A DNA stretch of 62,108 bases, counting the filler, from Dimorphilus gyrociliatus (taxonomy: Eukaryota > Animalia > Annelida), in assembly GCA_904063045.1 (NCBI GenBank). It is 4 parts of 4 records of this genome, joined end to end, with 100 filler letters (N's around TTAATTAATTAA, not from the genome) between each part and the next. Parts side by side here need not be neighbours in the genome. Positions count along the whole stretch, not along the records: positions 58,490 to 62,108 come from CAJFCJ010000159.1; 3 more parts are not named here. One strand, 5' to 3'. The position numbers and the translations under genes are program-made. Positions 61,096 through 62,108 of this stretch are shown here, piece by piece (position 1 is the stretch's first letter; each line of letters starts with the position of its first letter). The notes under the pieces are model-generated. The model was not told the DNA's origin. It did not search any database and saw nothing but the letters and a program-made list of their open reading frames with translations.

Positions 61096-62108
61096 GTTTT
61101 TAAACAGTGCTGTTAAAATATAAACAAGGCATATATGTGACAACTGGTGGTGTAACAGCTGATTTACCAATATACACTAACAGACTTGTTAAAATATATA
61201 TTATACACCACTCTTTCAATGTCTATTTAAATTTTTTTTCTTAAATCATTCAGAAAGATCAAGAATCAGAAAACTTTAATTCAATCTTCTATAAGTATAC
61301 AAATGAAATTTTATGCCTAAATCTACATTTTAAGGTAAATTATAATTTTTTCATCCTATTTTTTATGTTTTAAAAAATCCATTAATTTTACATTTTGAAA
61401 GAGACGTTGGGATACAAGAAATTATGTAAATATTTATTTAAAACACCTTCCTTTCGAGGAAATGCAGAAAAAAGCGTTAATTTTGAAATTAGTTATTTGT
61501 ACAAAATATATTGATAATTAATAATGTATCTTTCAGTCAAAGATATAGCAGATATGCTCACTTGTCTAACATAAACTGCAATTTAAAATACATTGGAAAC
61601 ATCTATTGTCAAAAAATGAAAGGTGAGATTTTTATTTAATCTACCAATATATTGTTTATATATGAAAGCAGAAAATTTCTTGAAATTACCATATATTTTA
61701 AACCAATTACACTTGTATGAACAATAGTTGATTAGTATTATGTAAATGATACTTCAAAAGTCATAGAAGTGTAGGATTAGATGTTACCTCTATGATAGAT
61801 AGAACCTAACTACTAAAATCAAAACCTTTCTTAGGCAAAAGATAATATGTTACTTAACTGAACACATTAACAACAGCAAAAGTTTTTTCTTACATGTCTC
61901 TTCCACATGCACAAATTAGTTAAACAAAAACAGTACATTACATCCCATAGAACGACACAGTTTCTAGTCAAATTGTGGAACAAATATTTTGTTTACATGA
62001 TTAGTAAACAAAAAGATACTTCACTTAATAGTTCTCCCAAAGTGATATAACAAAGGTAGTTTATTTCTAGTTCAAAGGTAATAAATTGCCAAACCATCAT
62101 TAAAACAT

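Overview
AT-rich eukaryotic DNA, probably from an invertebrate with a compact genome and 50-90 bp introns; the gene content suggests a lophotrochozoan, but this is inference. Four contigs are joined by artificial 100-bp N/TTAATTAATTAA spacers (18011-18110, 46939-47038, 58390-58489), so adjacency across those points is unproven. Host genes include an intact thioredoxin, an intact SDR dehydrogenase and an RNI-type LRR gene. There are also several mostly broken multidomain LDLa/LRR/SRCR/lectin GPCR loci, a peptide-type GPCR fragment, UGT and reprolysin pseudogenes, a trefoil protein, a RING finger and a trypsin-like protease cut by a transposon. Two paralogous secreted Cys-rich prepropeptide genes are also present. 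Transposons are dense: a DD35E Tc1, two copies of a PHD-bearing Mutator (MULE) element, and a MITE family with matching ends, 9-bp TSDs and TTAGGG motifs. There are also mariner, Tc1, BEL/Pao and gypsy remnants and a Penelope-type hammerhead motif. The most striking object is a Ty3/gypsy element (18111-24301). After RT-RH-IN it carries a retropepsin (CDTG...ILGCDFL) in frame with an acidic array of SUMO-interacting-motif-like repeats, an internal signal peptide and a herpesvirus gB-like class III envelope protein. It ends in a PPT and a 635-bp LTR that also occurs as solo copies in the window. Many frameshifts are single-base losses in homopolymers, so some apparent pseudogenes may be sequencing errors.
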